From: Mobula birostris
Taxonomy: Eukaryota
DNA: 64,000 nt
Assembly: GCF_030028105.1 (NCBI RefSeq)
Contig: NC_092372.1
Location: 87,114,687-87,178,686, forward strand
Direction of reading: 5' to 3'
Shown: in pieces, positions 62,347 through 64,000 of the stretch
How positions within the stretch are numbered: the stretch's first letter is position 1
Layout: each line of letters opens with the position of its first letter
Made by a program: the position numbers and the translations under genes
The notes under the pieces: generated by a model
Seen by the model: the letters and a program-made list of their open reading frames with translations, nothing else
Told to the model about the DNA's origin: nothing
Database searches by the model: none

Positions 62347-63343
62347 GTAAGTATCAAGTCTATCCTGAACATGCTAATATTCCCTGTCCCATTTCGGGAG
62401 AAAATTACTGTTATCTCTCACAAAGCACTTGGCATTAATTGTCAGTTGATTGAACTGATGCATGGTGTGCTAGCAATATGCATCTTGAAATTTAGAATAA
62501 AATATTTAAAGTTAAATACTTCAATATTTCAGTCCTGTTTAAATAAGCTTTTTGTCTGTGTTTCATGTGTTATTCCACATTTCTGTAAGACTGTTGTATT
62601 TGTGCAAAAAGAATTTATTTTCAGTCATATCACATCCTTGGGATTTGGACATGTCTCTGTTTTGTCTGCTGATTAACTTCTATCATTTCCTTCTAACCCT
62701 CTGGGGTAATGAACATATTAAGTCTCTTCTAATCTATCATTACTGTGTTCACTCTTATAATCATTTTGGTTGTTGCTGCTGGCTCAAGGCTATTGCTTTT
62801 TTAATAATCGTAGGATTTTTCTCTCCATGCCAAAATTTTCCTGCATCCTATGTCATGCCTACCCATCCCATTGTGTTTGTTCACGTATGTTGTCTGCCAG
62901 AGTTTCACATTTAATATCCTCAGTCTTAAATTCATAATTCTCTCCTGCGGAGTGTTTTCTGATGCTTAACACAAATGTTATATAGATGTAATTTCTTGAT
63001 ATTTTTCATGGTAGTGAGATCTCTCCTTTGCCCTCCTCTGTCCTGGCATCTCCCTAAACTTCCTTGCCTTTTAACCTCTCTCTCAATTGAGTCATCTCCT
63101 GTTGTGTGTGTGACTGATTATCCACTTTTGATTATATATCTGTAAAGCATTTTGAAATGATAGTTTCATTTGCAACAGATTTCTGTTCCAGTCCTGGAAT
63201 GTTCATGTTATTTGTGGATGTGACATTTTCTGGTGATTGACTTAATAATTGTCTTACTGTTTACTGCAAGTATTCAATGTACTCTTACTTCAATAAACTG
63301 ACTGCTAGATATTAATTACTAAAAGCTGCTTTAAAAGAACAAA

Positions 63344-63498
63344 CATACATAAAAGTTGCTGGTGAACGCAGCAGGCCAGGCAGCATCGATAGGAAGCGGT
63401 ACAGTCGACGTTTCGGGCCAAGACCCTTCGTCAGGACTAACTGAAAGAAGAGATAGTAAGAGATTTGAGAGGGGGAGGGGGAGATCCGAAATGATAGG
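63344..63498 (-). mobile_element. Tail-only Penelope-like insertion
   Basis: Matches the tail at 3560-3720; 11-bp TSD aaaagaacaaa (63333-63343, 63499-63509). Confidence 0.85.
63402..63444 (-). ncRNA. Best-preserved minimal hammerhead ribozyme motif
   Basis: Minus strand reads AGTC-CTGACGA-A-GGG-TCTTGG-CCC-GAAA-CGTC-GACT. Confidence 0.72.
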
Positions 63499-63597
63499 AA
63501 AAGAACAAAGTTTATTTCACTCATTAGTAACCAGAGTTAGTAAAAAAAACTACAGAAACCTGAAATAAAAATGGAATATGTTGGAATATTCAATAGG

Positions 63598-63915
63598 TGA
63601 GGCAGCATTATGGCACTGTAGTATAGCGGTTAGTGTGACACCTTACAATGCCAGCTGTAAGATTAGAATTCACTTCCCATCTGTCTGTAAGCAGTTCGTA
63701 CGCTCTCCCCATAACCGCATGGGTTTCTTCCGCGTAATATGGTTTCCTCCCACATTCCAAAGGCATCTGGTAAGGGTTAGTGAGTTGTGCGCCTCTGTGT
63801 TGGCGCTGTAAGTGTGGCGATACACTGGGCTATCCAGCACAATCATCGCTGATTTGATGTGACACAAACAATGCTTTTCACTGTATGCTTTTACGTGAGA
63901 CAAATAAAGATAATC
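63598..63915 (+). mobile_element. V-SINE copy
   Basis: tRNA-like head, then ggtttcctcccacattccaaag; same family as 2605-2905. Confidence 0.65.
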
Positions 63916-64000
63916 CTCTTATATTCTCTTATCCATTTACGTAGAGGAAAACAGTTAATATTTGAGGTCAGTGATGTTTTCTGGAACAGTTCTGTTGAAA

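Overview
Vertebrate nuclear DNA, not prokaryotic. The repeat content (CR1, Rex1/Babar, V-SINEs, Penelope-like elements) suggests a cartilaginous fish, probably a ray (inference). The window holds the conserved LAP3-CLRN2-QDPR gene block. LAP3 exons 1-3 are on the minus strand and the gene continues off the left edge. CLRN2 (clarin-2) is complete on the minus strand with 3 exons and 232 aa. QDPR exons 1-5 are on the plus strand, head-to-head with CLRN2, and the gene continues off the right edge. All exon boundaries were read by hand as GT-AG and are phase-consistent. The rest is mostly transposable elements: Penelope-like elements with minimal hammerhead-ribozyme motifs (one copy is 5'-inverted and carries a 9x51-bp reiteration), a Gypsy LTR element with a nested Rex1, a five-level CR1>hAT>hAT>Charlie>MITE nest with readable TSDs, a decayed class-I endogenous retrovirus just downstream of CLRN2, an R4/Dong-type RLE LINE in a (TAA)n tract, a young Tx1-type LINE, an RTE LINE, a Harbinger derivative and SINEs. 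I see no clearly new gene system. The best leads are the PLE hammerheads, the reiterated PLE segment, the ERV, the LAP3 promoter VNTR and the repeated exon-junction-like motifs in QDPR intron 2. Most short ORFs in the supplied track are noise or TE debris.
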